DNA of 64,000 nucleotides. It comes from Nannocystis bainbridge. Lineage in GTDB: Bacteria; Myxococcota_A; Polyangia; Nannocystales; Nannocystaceae. A model generated the notes under the pieces. That model did not search any database. It saw nothing but the letters and a program-made list of their open reading frames with translations, and was not told the origin of the DNA. The stretch lies in the NCBI RefSeq assembly GCF_028368995.1, contig NZ_JAQNDL010000001.1, positions 2,784,001-2,848,000 of the forward strand, in the 5' to 3' direction. Below are positions 30,901 to 40,009 of the stretch, piece by piece. Position 1 is the stretch's first letter, and each line of letters starts with the position of its first letter. Both the position numbers and the translations under genes were made by a program.

Positions 30901-33900
30901 CGCCCCCTTTCACCGACCGCACCGCATCGGCGCCCTCGCACCCCCGGCCGGTTTCGACCTTCCCGCCCCCGTTCACGCCCACCCCGATCGATCCGTCCGA
31001 CCTCGGGGCGGCCGGCGAACCCGAGGACTCGCTGACGATCGCCCTCGACTCGCCCGACGCATCGACCTTCGCCGCCGCCGACACCGCCCGCGCCGCCTCG
31101 ATCCTCGCCCTCACCCCCGACCTCGTGCAGGACGGCGCCGCTTCACTCGCCGTCGCCGACGAGGTCCCCTTCCTCGCCGAGAGCCTCGTCCGCAGCTCCG
31201 GCTCGGGATTCACCGAGATCGCCATCGACGCCATCGACGCCCCGGACGAACCCGACTTATCACCTGTCCTTTCGAACAGCCGCGAAGATTCGCTGACCCT
31301 CGCCCTCGACGCGCTCGAATCACCGCACGCCGCCGAACCTGCCGCGCCCACTTCCAGCCTTCGACCGCCTCCTGCGCCCGCTCCCTCGCTCGAGCCCGCC
31401 ACCACGGAGCTCCGCGAGGACACGCCGACGAGCCCCGCTCCTTCGCATCCTCTCGATGCCCCGCTCCTCGCCACCGGCGAAGATTCACTGACGCCATCAC
31501 TCGCCGCCCTCGAAGCGCTCGCCATCCCCGAGCCTCGACAAGCTGCCTCACGCCCCCCCCTCCAGGCAGGAACACCTCTCGACGCCCTCGCCTCGCCGAG
31601 CACCGGATCGAAGTTCCTCTCTGGCGAAGATTCGCTGACGCGAGCTCTCGCCGCCCTCGACCTCCCCGTCGGCCAAGACCTCACCGCCTCGAGCGATCCG
31701 CTCGGCGCCTCACCGCTCTCCACCGAGCCCCCCGCCAGCGACGATTCCCTCACGCGAGCTCTCACCACCCTCGAAGACTCTGACGACCTCACCGCCCCGA
31801 TCGAGTCCCCCGCCAGCGACGATTCGCCGCCGCAGCCCCTCACCGACCTCACCGCCCCGAGCCAGTCCCTCGGCGAGTCCCCCGCCAGCGACGATTCGCC
31901 GCCGCAGCCCCTCGCCGATCTCCCCGTCACGAGCGATCCCCTCGCTACTTCACCGCTCTCCGCCGAGTCCCCCGCCAGCGACGATTCGCCGCCGCAGCCC
32001 CTCGCCGATCTCCCCGTCACGAGCGATCCCCTCGGCACTTCACCGCTCTCCGCCGAGTCCCCCGCCAGCGACGATTCGCCGCCGCAGCCCCTCGCCGATC
32101 TCCCCGTCACGAGCGATCCCCTCGCTACTTCACCGCTCTCCGCCGAGACCCCCGCCAGCGACGATTCGCCGCCGCAGCCCCTCGCCGACCTCAACGCCCC
32201 GAGCGATCCTCTCGACACCGCACCGCTCTCTGCCGAGTCTCCCGCCGACGCCTTACCGCTCTCCGCCGAGTCTCCTGCCAGCGACGATTCGCCGACGCAG
32301 TCCCTCGCCGATCTGCCCGCCGCCTCGACCGGAGACGAAGACCTTTCGACTCCATCCCTCGAAGCTCTCACGATCGATCTCGATGCCGATCGAGAAGCAT
32401 CCCGAGTCCTCGACGCCCTCGACAACAGCGACGTCCAATCCCCCGTCGCGCCCGACGATCCACACGCCGCGCAGAGCCTCGGCATCGACACCGATCCCTC
32501 CATTGCGCCGGACGACCGAACAGCTTCGAGCGCTCACCACCCTCTCGGCATTTCCCCGCCCGCTCCCGCCGACGACCTCGCAGAAGTTCCTCGACCTGCC
32601 GATTCCGCGGCAACCGCTCCTACCCCAGAGCCCGCGCACCCCGGCGATTCTTCCGCCCTCCCGCCGGGCGACGAACCCCCCTCCCGCCTCTCCGCCATCT
32701 CCCCCCCGCGGCCGCCTCCGCACCGCGAGACGCCCCCTGCTCTCCCCTTCTCGGCCGTTCCGCCCGACTACGCCGACGACGAAGCATCGAAGCCTGGCGA
32801 CTCGCTCACCTCCCTGACCAGCCTCGCCGCCCACGACCTGAGCCGGCCCTCGCGCCCCGCCGAAGCCACGGACCCCGCCGATTCCCTCACCGCCATCGGC
32901 CTCCCTGCCGATTCCCTCACCGGCTTGCAATCGCACCACCTCGAGGCCGTCGACGCTTCCGCCTCCCTCGACCCGGCTGACTCGCTTACTGCCATCGCCG
33001 AGCTCGAGTCCAGCGATTCCGGCGCCTACGCGTCCCTCGACGCCGAAGCTCTCCCCAGCGCCCCCCCCGACTCGCTCACCGCCCTCGACCCCGCCGGCGC
33101 TGCCATCTCCTCGAGCGACCCCGCCGCCTCGCTCAACCCGGCTTCACCCGCCTCCAGCGACCCCCTCCCGAGCGAACCCTCCGACTCGCTCCCTGCCCCC
33201 GACAGCGCAGCCGACTCTCCGAGCGACCCCTCCGACTCGCTCCCCGCGCTCGCCTCCCAACATTCCGCCAGCCCCCCTCTCTCGAGCGACCCGCCCGACC
33301 CGCTCCTCGCCTCGCACGACTCCGCCAGCGCCGACTCGCGCCTCTCATCTTCTTCGCCAGAGTCCTCGCCCGGCGTCCTCGCCCCCCTGCCCGCCGCTCC
33401 CCGCGAATCACACGAACCCGCCAGCGCCTCCTCTGCCTCGCACACCGCCCCGTCCGACGCGACCCCCCTCTCGCGCCTCCTCTCGGCCGCCCTGCCCCCG
33501 CAGGACCCTTCTCCTGCCGAGTCCCTCACCTCTCTCGCCGTCCTCGACGACGACGACGACGAAGGCGACCCTGAGACCCCGACGCCGCCTCCGCGGCCCG
33601 CCCGGCTGCTCTCCTACCTCATCGACGAAGACGCCGACGAATCGACCGCCCCTCCGCGCCTCGAATCGACCCTCGCCGCCCCCCAGCCCGATCAATCGAT
33701 CGTCAGCGACGCCGCCCATCGCTCCTCCGATCCGCCTCTGCTCGTCCAGCCGCCGATGTTGCCCGCGCTCGAGGACGCAGCCCCCCTCTATCGCTTGAGC
33801 GCCCCCCCACAGCCCGTCCAGGACGGCCCGCTGATCCTCAGCATCCCCCTCGTCGATCTCACCGCGACTGCCACTGCTCCGTACGGCGACGACGCCCTCC

Positions 33901-36900
33901 TCGACGACGCACGCGCCGCCCCACCCGGGCCCGCCCCGCGCCCCGAGTCACGGCCCTCCGTCCGCCAGCCGCCGCGCCCGCCCTCCGCCGGAGCCCCGCG
34001 CGCGACCTCTCGCCCCGCCTCCGCCCCGCTCCCCGAAGCCCCGGTCCCCGGAGCCCCGCGCGCGACCTCTCGCCCCGCCTCCGCCCCGCTCCCCGAAGCC
34101 CCCGCCTCCGCCCCGCACCCATCCTCCCATTCCCTCGGCACCACCATCACCACCGAGTCGCAGCCCGCCCCCGAATCCTCGCCCTCTCCCGCCCCCGTCG
34201 ATTCGCCGGCTCAGCCTCAGCCCTCCCGCGAATCGCTCGACTCCCACGATTCCACCCCCCAGCCACCGCCCACCGAATCCTCGAGCCACGATTCGCCGCT
34301 CGCCTCGGCCCTCCCGCGCTGGTCCGCCCCTCACCTCATCCCCTCGCCGGTCCCGCTCCTCACCCCCACCACGCCGACCGGCGCCCCCTCCGCCTGGATC
34401 CTTCCCCACCCGATCCTCGCCAAGCCCGGCCCTGCAGGCCCGCTCCCGCCGATCACCAATCCGTACCCGCGGCCCTTCATTCCGCCCGGCACCCTCGCTG
34501 CCATCGGTCTAGCCAATCGGCCCGGCCCTGCCGTCATTCCCGGCGCTGGCCCGACGCACACCCCACAGCCGCTCGTCACGCCGATCGTCATTCAGCAGCC
34601 TCCCGCGCCCCCCGAGCCCACCGCCCTCCCCGACCTCGGCCTGCTCACCCCTCCCGAGCCCGACGCCCCGCGCGGCGAGGCCCCTTCTCTCGTCCCCGAG
34701 CTCGAAGTCCTGCTGCGCGACGCCGCCATCCCGAGCCCGCGCCGGCGCGAGGGCTCCGCCCCGCTGGTCGCCCCCGCCCGCCGCGAGCCCTCGAGCGCCC
34801 ACGCCGTCCCCACCTCCCTCGCCCGCCGCGAGCCCTCGAGCGCCCACGCCGTCCCCACCTCGCTCACCCGCCGCGAGCCCTCGAGCGCCCACGCCGCTCC
34901 TGCCCTCGTCCCCACCCTCGACGCCCTCGAATTCGACTCGCCCGGCGGCCCGCGCCCCAAGCGGTCGCTGCCCAACCTCATCCCCGAGCCTGGCACGCCG
35001 ATCACCGTCAGCCTCGACCGCCCGCTCGCCGACATCCCGCGGCGCGCCTCGCTGCTGCCCAACCTGATCCCCGAGCCCGGCGCCACCACCCCGCAGCCGT
35101 TCGAGCGCCCCCTGCTGCTCTCGGACCCTGCCCGCCGCGATCCGCCCGCCGGCGACACGCCTGTCCCCAGGGACATATCACCTGTCTCTCGGGACATCCC
35201 GCTCGTCCTCCGCGACACCTTGCTCGACCCGCGCGAGACGGTCCCTGGCCCCCGCGACACACCTGTCCTCAAGGACATCTCATCCGCGCCCACGCAGGGC
35301 CTCCCGTCCCTCCTGCGCATGGGCCTCGCCGTCACCCAGCCCGCCGCCGTCAAGCCTGCCCCGGCCCAGCCGACCAACCTCCCGCCGCCTCGCCTGCCGC
35401 CGCTGCGCCTGGCCCCGAGCACGCGCGACCGCTGGCTGAGGCTCGGCGTCGTGCTCGCCGCCCTCGCCTTCCTCGGCGCCGTCGCCTCGCGCCTCCTCTT
35501 CCGCGGCGACGCGGCCGGGGTCGAAGGGCGCGCTGGCGATGCACCCCCCGCCGAGCCGCCCAGCCAGCCCCCGCCCGCGCCGCCCGTCGTCCCGCCCGAG
35601 CCGCGCGAGCCCGCCGTCGTCACCCCGCCCGCGCTCGCTCTCGGTGATTGCCCCGACGCCCCCGATCCCGCGATCGGCCTGCTCGTCGCCCCCTTCGCCC
35701 CGCTCGCCGGCGAGCCGCTGCGGATCTTCGCCGCCACCCTCGCCGACGACATCTCGCTCGACCTCCACCTGCTCGCCCCTGACGCCCCCGGCCGCGCGCT
35801 CGACGTGCGCGTCCACCTCGGCACCCCGTCCTCCGCCGTCGCCGAGTACACCCCCGCGGTCGCCGGCGAGTACACCGTCGCCGTCGTCCGCGACGGTCGC
35901 CCCGTCACCTGCTCCAAAGTACAGGTCCTCACCGAGCCGCCGCAGCGGCCCCCGTTCGCCGCCAAGGGCCGCGCCTGGGCGGTCGAGCGGGCCTGGAGCC
36001 CCGCCGAGGAGGCCCTCTACAGCGCCTGGGTGCGCCAGCTTTTCACCGCCGACCCCGCCGGCCTCGCTCGCCTCGACGTCGCCACCACCGACCCCGCGCG
36101 CAACCTCCTCCACGACGCGCTCGGCCTCCGCGAAGATCGGGCCGACAACCCGCTCGCCCTCCGCCTCGATCCCGACGGCGCCGACCTCCCCTACGTCGTG
36201 CGCGCCTACTGGTCGTGGAAGCGCCGGCTCCCGTTCGCCTATCGCAAGTGCCAGCGCGGCGGCGAGGGCAAGGCTCCGCGCTGCGGCGAGGCCCGCACCA
36301 ACCTCGAGCCCGGCTCCGGCTTCACCATGCCCGCGACCGAGCTCGCGCGGGTCCAGCGGTTCCTCCACCGCAACCTCGGCTGGGGCGTGCACGCCGGCAA
36401 TCCGCGCACCGCCGTCACCGACTCCGTCTCCGATCTCTACCCCGTGCGCCTCGACCATCGCGGCCTGCGACCCGGCGCCGTTTATGCCGACCCGTACGGC
36501 CGCGTCTTCCTGATCGTCGACCTCGTGTCCGCTCACGGCGACGGGCCCGGCGCGCTGCTGGCCGTCGATGGCGGGCCTGACGGCAGCATCGTCCCGCGCC
36601 AGTTCTGGGAGGGCCTGTTCCTGTGGGACACCGCGCCCGAGCATGGCGGCGTCGGCTTCAAGCAGTTCCGCCCGGTCGTGCGCCAGCCCGGCGGCGGCCT
36701 GGTCCAGCTCGACAACGCCGCGCTGCTCGAAGCACCTGACCTCGGGGACATCTGGACCGGCCACGCCGAGCTGGCCGGCACCGCCTTTTACGACGCCGTC
36801 ACCGCCCTGCTCGAGCCGCCGCCGTGGGACGCCTCGCGGCGGCAGCGCGAGGCCGTCGCCGCCTTCGCCGAGCTCGCGCGCGAGCGCATCGACCCGGTCG

Positions 36901-37418
36901 CGCGCGCCGCCGAGTTCGCCCGCGATCGCAAGCGGGCGATCGCCATGCCGAAGGGCTGGCAGGTGTTCGAGGCCACCGGCGCGTGGGAGAGCTACTCGAC
37001 CCCCGGCCGCGACCTCCGCCTCCTGCTCGCCCTCGACGTCGTGCGCGGCCTGCCCGACCGCGTGCGCGAGCGACCCAACCTCTACGCCACCGACGGCGAC
37101 CCCGAGGCCCGCGCCCGCGCCCTCGAAGGTGAGCTCGAGGCCCTGCTGCGCGACCCGCAATACGCCATCACCTACACCCGCAGCGACGGCAGCCCGTGGA
37201 CCCTCCACCTGCGCGACCTCGTCGACCGCGAGGCCGCGCTCGAGGCCGCCTACAACCCCAACGACTGCCCCGAGCTGCGCTGGGGCGCCCCCGAGGGCAG
37301 CGACGAGCTCTCGACCTGCAGCTTCCGCGCCCCCGCCGACCAGCGCGCCCGCATGAATGCCTATCGCCCCTGGCTGCACGAGCGCCGCCCGCCCCTGCGC
37401 GGCGACAAGAAGCCCTGA
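27921..37418 (+). CDS. Giant protein: N-terminal YegP/DUF1508-like repeats, about 2,100-aa disordered linker, TM helix, extracytoplasmic domain
   Basis: Uninterrupted frame; repeats such as YFHLNDERGEALLFSHGYSTPKARDHGIRSL and YFVLTARNGREIARG; TM WLRLGVVLAALAFLGAVA at about 35433. Confidence 0.8.
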   Translation: MYFRVVQQTRDALAFQVVLEGERIGLTSVEFRDQPAVERAIEAVIASLREGVDASLQVEGDSYHFTLRGEDGGLLARGIACPSPAEADANLAELQRWVVGAERFRIVNLARPQRSGAKPVDTIQVAVRYDLAACRADRPGLELLSRASDGLFTAHLHGERGEVLLYLRGFTTRSARDEQVESVLAAAADPRRFDRREAEGRRYFVLTARNGREIARGPWLASEAECDAAITQLVRLAPIEAKEFAGARTRRKVAESGYDLTRRSTSGAAGFEAFKANDGHHYFHLNDERGEALLFSHGYSTPKARDHGIRSLLKGAGDPVCYRVAGDELRFAVSAVNGRELTRSRLFGSRAALDRAVAWIRGEILQHGRKYGIRLWESSFIELPHELASGEGDTGQSPDPDALARQALDASRDTSLARLAPPSPPATSPAPAATSPTPAATSPSPATSPASPAATSPTTLAATSPTTTSPASPATTSPTPATSPPAATSTSPATSPASPAATSPTPATSPTPATASPAATSPTPAAASPTLPASADAPTPAAFDHSPASTARAVSALSPDASPQSSDQVDRTGSLTTEARESAASPVAPHDPAHSHGAHAADLSHSSGEPPASAPSQPSPTTTSHSPQPPAASTHPSEAPALAHSPDTLAVTSAHSPDAPAPATNPPDAPASTVLQHSQDAPDSVHAPAAPDSAHSASARAPSPHPPDVPASHPPVEPPASQSPASIGRDDAPAPSADSPDEPESAESKQSPDDPAEEAFAPNTLPPPAEITPPGAPLDESEPTAPSDSPEASAPTAFSSSPELAASAHSPEEQASSSPDLELQPASAEPTGRAHAPAASPASEAPPPPPRDVSSRPSGPFSADELDEALAPLDALEFDEAIPIALDRQDSATFAAASAHALPHVPPANEDSLTIELDSTELSTFAPASPHHSPLPLDAPPSSLRLERDGSAPASQAPFDLRAPKPPGPAPFDLRTPQSSRPASFDRQPAPPQSPPFTDRTASAPSHPRPVSTFPPPFTPTPIDPSDLGAAGEPEDSLTIALDSPDASTFAAADTARAASILALTPDLVQDGAASLAVADEVPFLAESLVRSSGSGFTEIAIDAIDAPDEPDLSPVLSNSREDSLTLALDALESPHAAEPAAPTSSLRPPPAPAPSLEPATTELREDTPTSPAPSHPLDAPLLATGEDSLTPSLAALEALAIPEPRQAASRPPLQAGTPLDALASPSTGSKFLSGEDSLTRALAALDLPVGQDLTASSDPLGASPLSTEPPASDDSLTRALTTLEDSDDLTAPIESPASDDSPPQPLTDLTAPSQSLGESPASDDSPPQPLADLPVTSDPLATSPLSAESPASDDSPPQPLADLPVTSDPLGTSPLSAESPASDDSPPQPLADLPVTSDPLATSPLSAETPASDDSPPQPLADLNAPSDPLDTAPLSAESPADALPLSAESPASDDSPTQSLADLPAASTGDEDLSTPSLEALTIDLDADREASRVLDALDNSDVQSPVAPDDPHAAQSLGIDTDPSIAPDDRTASSAHHPLGISPPAPADDLAEVPRPADSAATAPTPEPAHPGDSSALPPGDEPPSRLSAISPPRPPPHRETPPALPFSAVPPDYADDEASKPGDSLTSLTSLAAHDLSRPSRPAEATDPADSLTAIGLPADSLTGLQSHHLEAVDASASLDPADSLTAIAELESSDSGAYASLDAEALPSAPPDSLTALDPAGAAISSSDPAASLNPASPASSDPLPSEPSDSLPAPDSAADSPSDPSDSLPALASQHSASPPLSSDPPDPLLASHDSASADSRLSSSSPESSPGVLAPLPAAPRESHEPASASSASHTAPSDATPLSRLLSAALPPQDPSPAESLTSLAVLDDDDDEGDPETPTPPPRPARLLSYLIDEDADESTAPPRLESTLAAPQPDQSIVSDAAHRSSDPPLLVQPPMLPALEDAAPLYRLSAPPQPVQDGPLILSIPLVDLTATATAPYGDDALLDDARAAPPGPAPRPESRPSVRQPPRPPSAGAPRATSRPASAPLPEAPVPGAPRATSRPASAPLPEAPASAPHPSSHSLGTTITTESQPAPESSPSPAPVDSPAQPQPSRESLDSHDSTPQPPPTESSSHDSPLASALPRWSAPHLIPSPVPLLTPTTPTGAPSAWILPHPILAKPGPAGPLPPITNPYPRPFIPPGTLAAIGLANRPGPAVIPGAGPTHTPQPLVTPIVIQQPPAPPEPTALPDLGLLTPPEPDAPRGEAPSLVPELEVLLRDAAIPSPRRREGSAPLVAPARREPSSAHAVPTSLARREPSSAHAVPTSLTRREPSSAHAAPALVPTLDALEFDSPGGPRPKRSLPNLIPEPGTPITVSLDRPLADIPRRASLLPNLIPEPGATTPQPFERPLLLSDPARRDPPAGDTPVPRDISPVSRDIPLVLRDTLLDPRETVPGPRDTPVLKDISSAPTQGLPSLLRMGLAVTQPAAVKPAPAQPTNLPPPRLPPLRLAPSTRDRWLRLGVVLAALAFLGAVASRLLFRGDAAGVEGRAGDAPPAEPPSQPPPAPPVVPPEPREPAVVTPPALALGDCPDAPDPAIGLLVAPFAPLAGEPLRIFAATLADDISLDLHLLAPDAPGRALDVRVHLGTPSSAVAEYTPAVAGEYTVAVVRDGRPVTCSKVQVLTEPPQRPPFAAKGRAWAVERAWSPAEEALYSAWVRQLFTADPAGLARLDVATTDPARNLLHDALGLREDRADNPLALRLDPDGADLPYVVRAYWSWKRRLPFAYRKCQRGGEGKAPRCGEARTNLEPGSGFTMPATELARVQRFLHRNLGWGVHAGNPRTAVTDSVSDLYPVRLDHRGLRPGAVYADPYGRVFLIVDLVSAHGDGPGALLAVDGGPDGSIVPRQFWEGLFLWDTAPEHGGVGFKQFRPVVRQPGGGLVQLDNAALLEAPDLGDIWTGHAELAGTAFYDAVTALLEPPPWDASRRQREAVAAFAELARERIDPVARAAEFARDRKRAIAMPKGWQVFEATGAWESYSTPGRDLRLLLALDVVRGLPDRVRERPNLYATDGDPEARARALEGELEALLRDPQYAITYTRSDGSPWTLHLRDLVDREAALEAAYNPNDCPELRWGAPEGSDELSTCSFRAPADQRARMNAYRPWLHERRPPLRGDKKP
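31874..32240 (+). repeat. 90-bp in-frame tandem repeat (30 aa, about 4 units)
   Basis: ESPASDDSPPQPLADLPVTSDPLATSPLSA units at 31874, 31964, 32054 and 32144. Confidence 0.9.
34780..34897 (+). repeat. 45-bp in-frame tandem repeat x3 (RREPSSAHAVPTSLA)
   Basis: Directly visible in the DNA and the translation. Confidence 0.85.
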
Positions 37419-37442
37419 GGCCGCGCCGACCGGCTGAGCGCA

Positions 37443-37906
37443 TGTCCCATAGGACATGTTTCATTGAACATGCTCGATGGGACATCGACGCCGCGCCGAC
37501 GCCGGTACCTGTGCGTCCGCGCGGCCGAATCCCCTGCGACTTTTTTTAAAGAAAATGCCCGATTGGACATGTCACCCACGCTGCCCGACGCCGGCACCCG
37601 TGCGTCCGCGCGGTCGAAATTCCCTGCGACACGCTTTATAGGACATGCTCGATGGGACATGTAAAACACTGGCCGACGCCGGCACCTGTGCGTCCGCGCG
37701 GCCCAATCCCCTGCAACATTCTTCAGAAAATGCTCGATTGGACATGTCACCCACGCTGGCCGGCGCCGGCACCTGCGCGCCCTCGCGGGAGAATTCTCCT
37801 TCAACATGTCTCCTAGGACATGCTCGATGGGACATATAAAAAACCCTGGCCGGCGCCGAACCTGCGCGCCCGCGTGGTCGAATCCCATCACATGTCCCCT
37901 GGGACA
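37443..37906. repeat. Three 14-bp units followed by an 87-90-bp tandem repeat (5 units), each carrying 14-bp motifs
   Basis: Units start at about 37497, 37586, 37674, 37761 and 37851 with cg(a/g)cgccg...acc.g.gcg; each contains TGCYCGATKGGACA-type 14-mers or TGTCCCCTGGGACA. Confidence 0.88.
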
Positions 37907-38231
37907 TCGCCATCCGACAAGCCCTCGAGGTCGCCGCTCGCGAGCCGCTCCCGCCGGCCCGCCGCTCCAGCCTCGACGCGCGCCTGCGAGCCGTCCGCGA
38001 CCGTCGCCGCGCCGCCGGCCGAACCGCAGGTCACCCACCCATCATTCTCCCGCGCGCGAACCCACTCCCCCGAGCCCCCGTCGCCGAGCGATTTCGTCGC
38101 CGCGCACGTCTCCACTCGTGCAACCGTCAATCGGCACACCGTTCCGCGCGCCCGCGCCGGCTTCCGTCACGCCCTCCTTCCTGGCACCCTCTTAAAAAGT
38201 AACAAGCATACGCGCCTGGTAGGAGGCCGCC

Positions 38232-39290
38232 GTGTTCGACTCTGTCGTCCTCGACATCGCCATCGGACTGATCTTCGTGTTCCTCGCCACCAGCCTGGCG
38301 ATCACCGCCGGCAACGAGCTGCTGGCCTCGCTCTTCAAGTGGCGCGCCAAGGACCTCGCCGCCGGCCTGCGCCTGCTCGTCGGCCGCGAGGACGGCGAAG
38401 CCCGGACCGGCCAGCCCGACATCACCCGCGCCCTTTATCAGCACCCGCTGCTGCGCGGCCTCCACCGCGACGCCGCCACTGGTGGCGACAGCAAGGCCCC
38501 CTCCTACATCCCGCCGCGCATGTTCGCCATGGCGCTGCTCGACATCGCCTTGCGCCCGGCTGACGGCACCGGCCAGCTCGTCGCCGGCAACATCGCCGAG
38601 ATGCGGGCCCAGATCGAGTCGAAGCGCCCCGAGCTCGGCAATCGCGTCACCGACACCCTGCTGACATTCGTCAATCACGCCGAGATCGACGCCCGCACCG
38701 CCGTCAACCAGCTCGACCATCTTCAGCGCGACGTCGAGACCTGGTTCAACGCCGGCATGGGCCGCGTCAGCGAGGTCTACCGTCGACGGGCCCAGCTGTG
38801 GAGCACCCTCCTGGCCTTCTTCTTCGTCGCCGCCCTCAACCTCGACGCCATCCGGATCACCCGCTCGCTCGCCAACGACCCGGTCCTCCGCGCCTCGCTC
38901 ATCGCCCAGGCCACCGAGGCCGTCAAGCAGGAGACCCCGCCCGCGCAGCCCACCCCGGCCGCCGCCCCGCCGCGGGCCGGTCTGCCCAGCGCTCCCGCCG
39001 AGACCGCCCCCTCGGCCACCGCCGGCGCCTTGCGGCAATTGCAGACCGACATCGGTACCATCAATCAACTGGGCATCCCCGTCGGCTGGGAAGACAACCC
39101 GCCCCAGCCCAGCACCTGGTGGTGGATCAACAAGGTCCTCGGCCTGCTGCTCACCGGCCTCGCCGCCTCGCTCGGCGCCCCCTTCTGGTTCGACGTGCTC
39201 AAGAAGGTCAGCAGCCTTCGCGCCGCCGGTCGCATGCCGCCCCCGCCCGACACCACCAACCCCCGCCGCGATCCACCCGACCCCGCCTGA
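38232..39290 (+). CDS. Conserved hypothetical membrane protein
   Basis: AGGAGG SD; N-terminal TM; PSYIP, WFNAGMGRVSEVYRR and LAASLGAPFWFDVL motifs. Confidence 0.8.
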   Translation: MFDSVVLDIAIGLIFVFLATSLAITAGNELLASLFKWRAKDLAAGLRLLVGREDGEARTGQPDITRALYQHPLLRGLHRDAATGGDSKAPSYIPPRMFAMALLDIALRPADGTGQLVAGNIAEMRAQIESKRPELGNRVTDTLLTFVNHAEIDARTAVNQLDHLQRDVETWFNAGMGRVSEVYRRRAQLWSTLLAFFFVAALNLDAIRITRSLANDPVLRASLIAQATEAVKQETPPAQPTPAAAPPRAGLPSAPAETAPSATAGALRQLQTDIGTINQLGIPVGWEDNPPQPSTWWWINKVLGLLLTGLAASLGAPFWFDVLKKVSSLRAAGRMPPPPDTTNPRRDPPDPA

Positions 39291-39331
39291 ATCGACGCGC
39301 TCGTGAGCCCCCCACCCCGCGGAACCAACGC

Positions 39332-40009
39332 ATGACCATGTCGCCCCTCTCCCGTCCGTGGCGCCACCTGCCGCTCTTCGCGTGCGTGCTGGCCGGCTGC
39401 CCGCAGGTCTACACCCAGGGCACCACCACCGAGGCCGGCACCTCCACCGGCGAGCCCGCCACCACGGAGCCCGCCGACCCGAGCGCCAGCGGTACCACTC
39501 TCGGTTCGACCGCCGGCGAGCCCACCACCACGACCACCGGCCCCGTCGACCCCACCACGGGCGAGCCCGCCACCACCGACGAGCCCGCGACGACCGCCAC
39601 CTCCACCACCGGCGACGACACGACCACCACCGGCACCACCGGCACCACCGGCGAGCCCGACCCGGGCCTCATGGGCGAATGGGGCCACGCCTGCGAGAGC
39701 GACGACGACTGCGCCGCGATCCTCGGCGACAAGGCCGTGTGCATGACCGACATCCTCGGCTTCTACACATTGCCCGGCGGCTACTGCACCAAGGAGTGCA
39801 CCCTCCCCGACGCCATGACCTTCTATCAGCCCGGCAACCCCACCTGCGCCCCCGATGCCATGTGCATCGGCGCCTCCGGCTACTTCGAGGCCTGCGCCAT
39901 CGAATGCACCGAGAACAGCCAATGCCCCCGCGAGGGCTACGAGTGCCGCCTGCTGCCCCAGATCGGTCAACCCGGCGACCCGCTGTTCTGCCTGATGATC
40001 GACGAATGA
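39332..40009 (+). CDS. Cys-rich lipoprotein with Thr-rich linker
   Basis: Lipobox VLAGC; GGYCTKEC and C-x-C-x-C-x-EGYEC modules. Confidence 0.8.
   Translation: MTMSPLSRPWRHLPLFACVLAGCPQVYTQGTTTEAGTSTGEPATTEPADPSASGTTLGSTAGEPTTTTTGPVDPTTGEPATTDEPATTATSTTGDDTTTTGTTGTTGEPDPGLMGEWGHACESDDDCAAILGDKAVCMTDILGFYTLPGGYCTKECTLPDAMTFYQPGNPTCAPDAMCIGASGYFEACAIECTENSQCPREGYECRLLPQIGQPGDPLFCLMIDE

Noticed and set aside
29100-34600. Horizontally acquired island (strong C skew, lower GC3)
   Set aside because: The composition is explained by the Pro/Ser-rich low-complexity linker of a single ORF; there is no integrase or boundary repeat.
37497-37906. CRISPR array
   Set aside because: The units are similar along their whole length with no unique spacers, the repeats are degenerate, and no cas genes are present.
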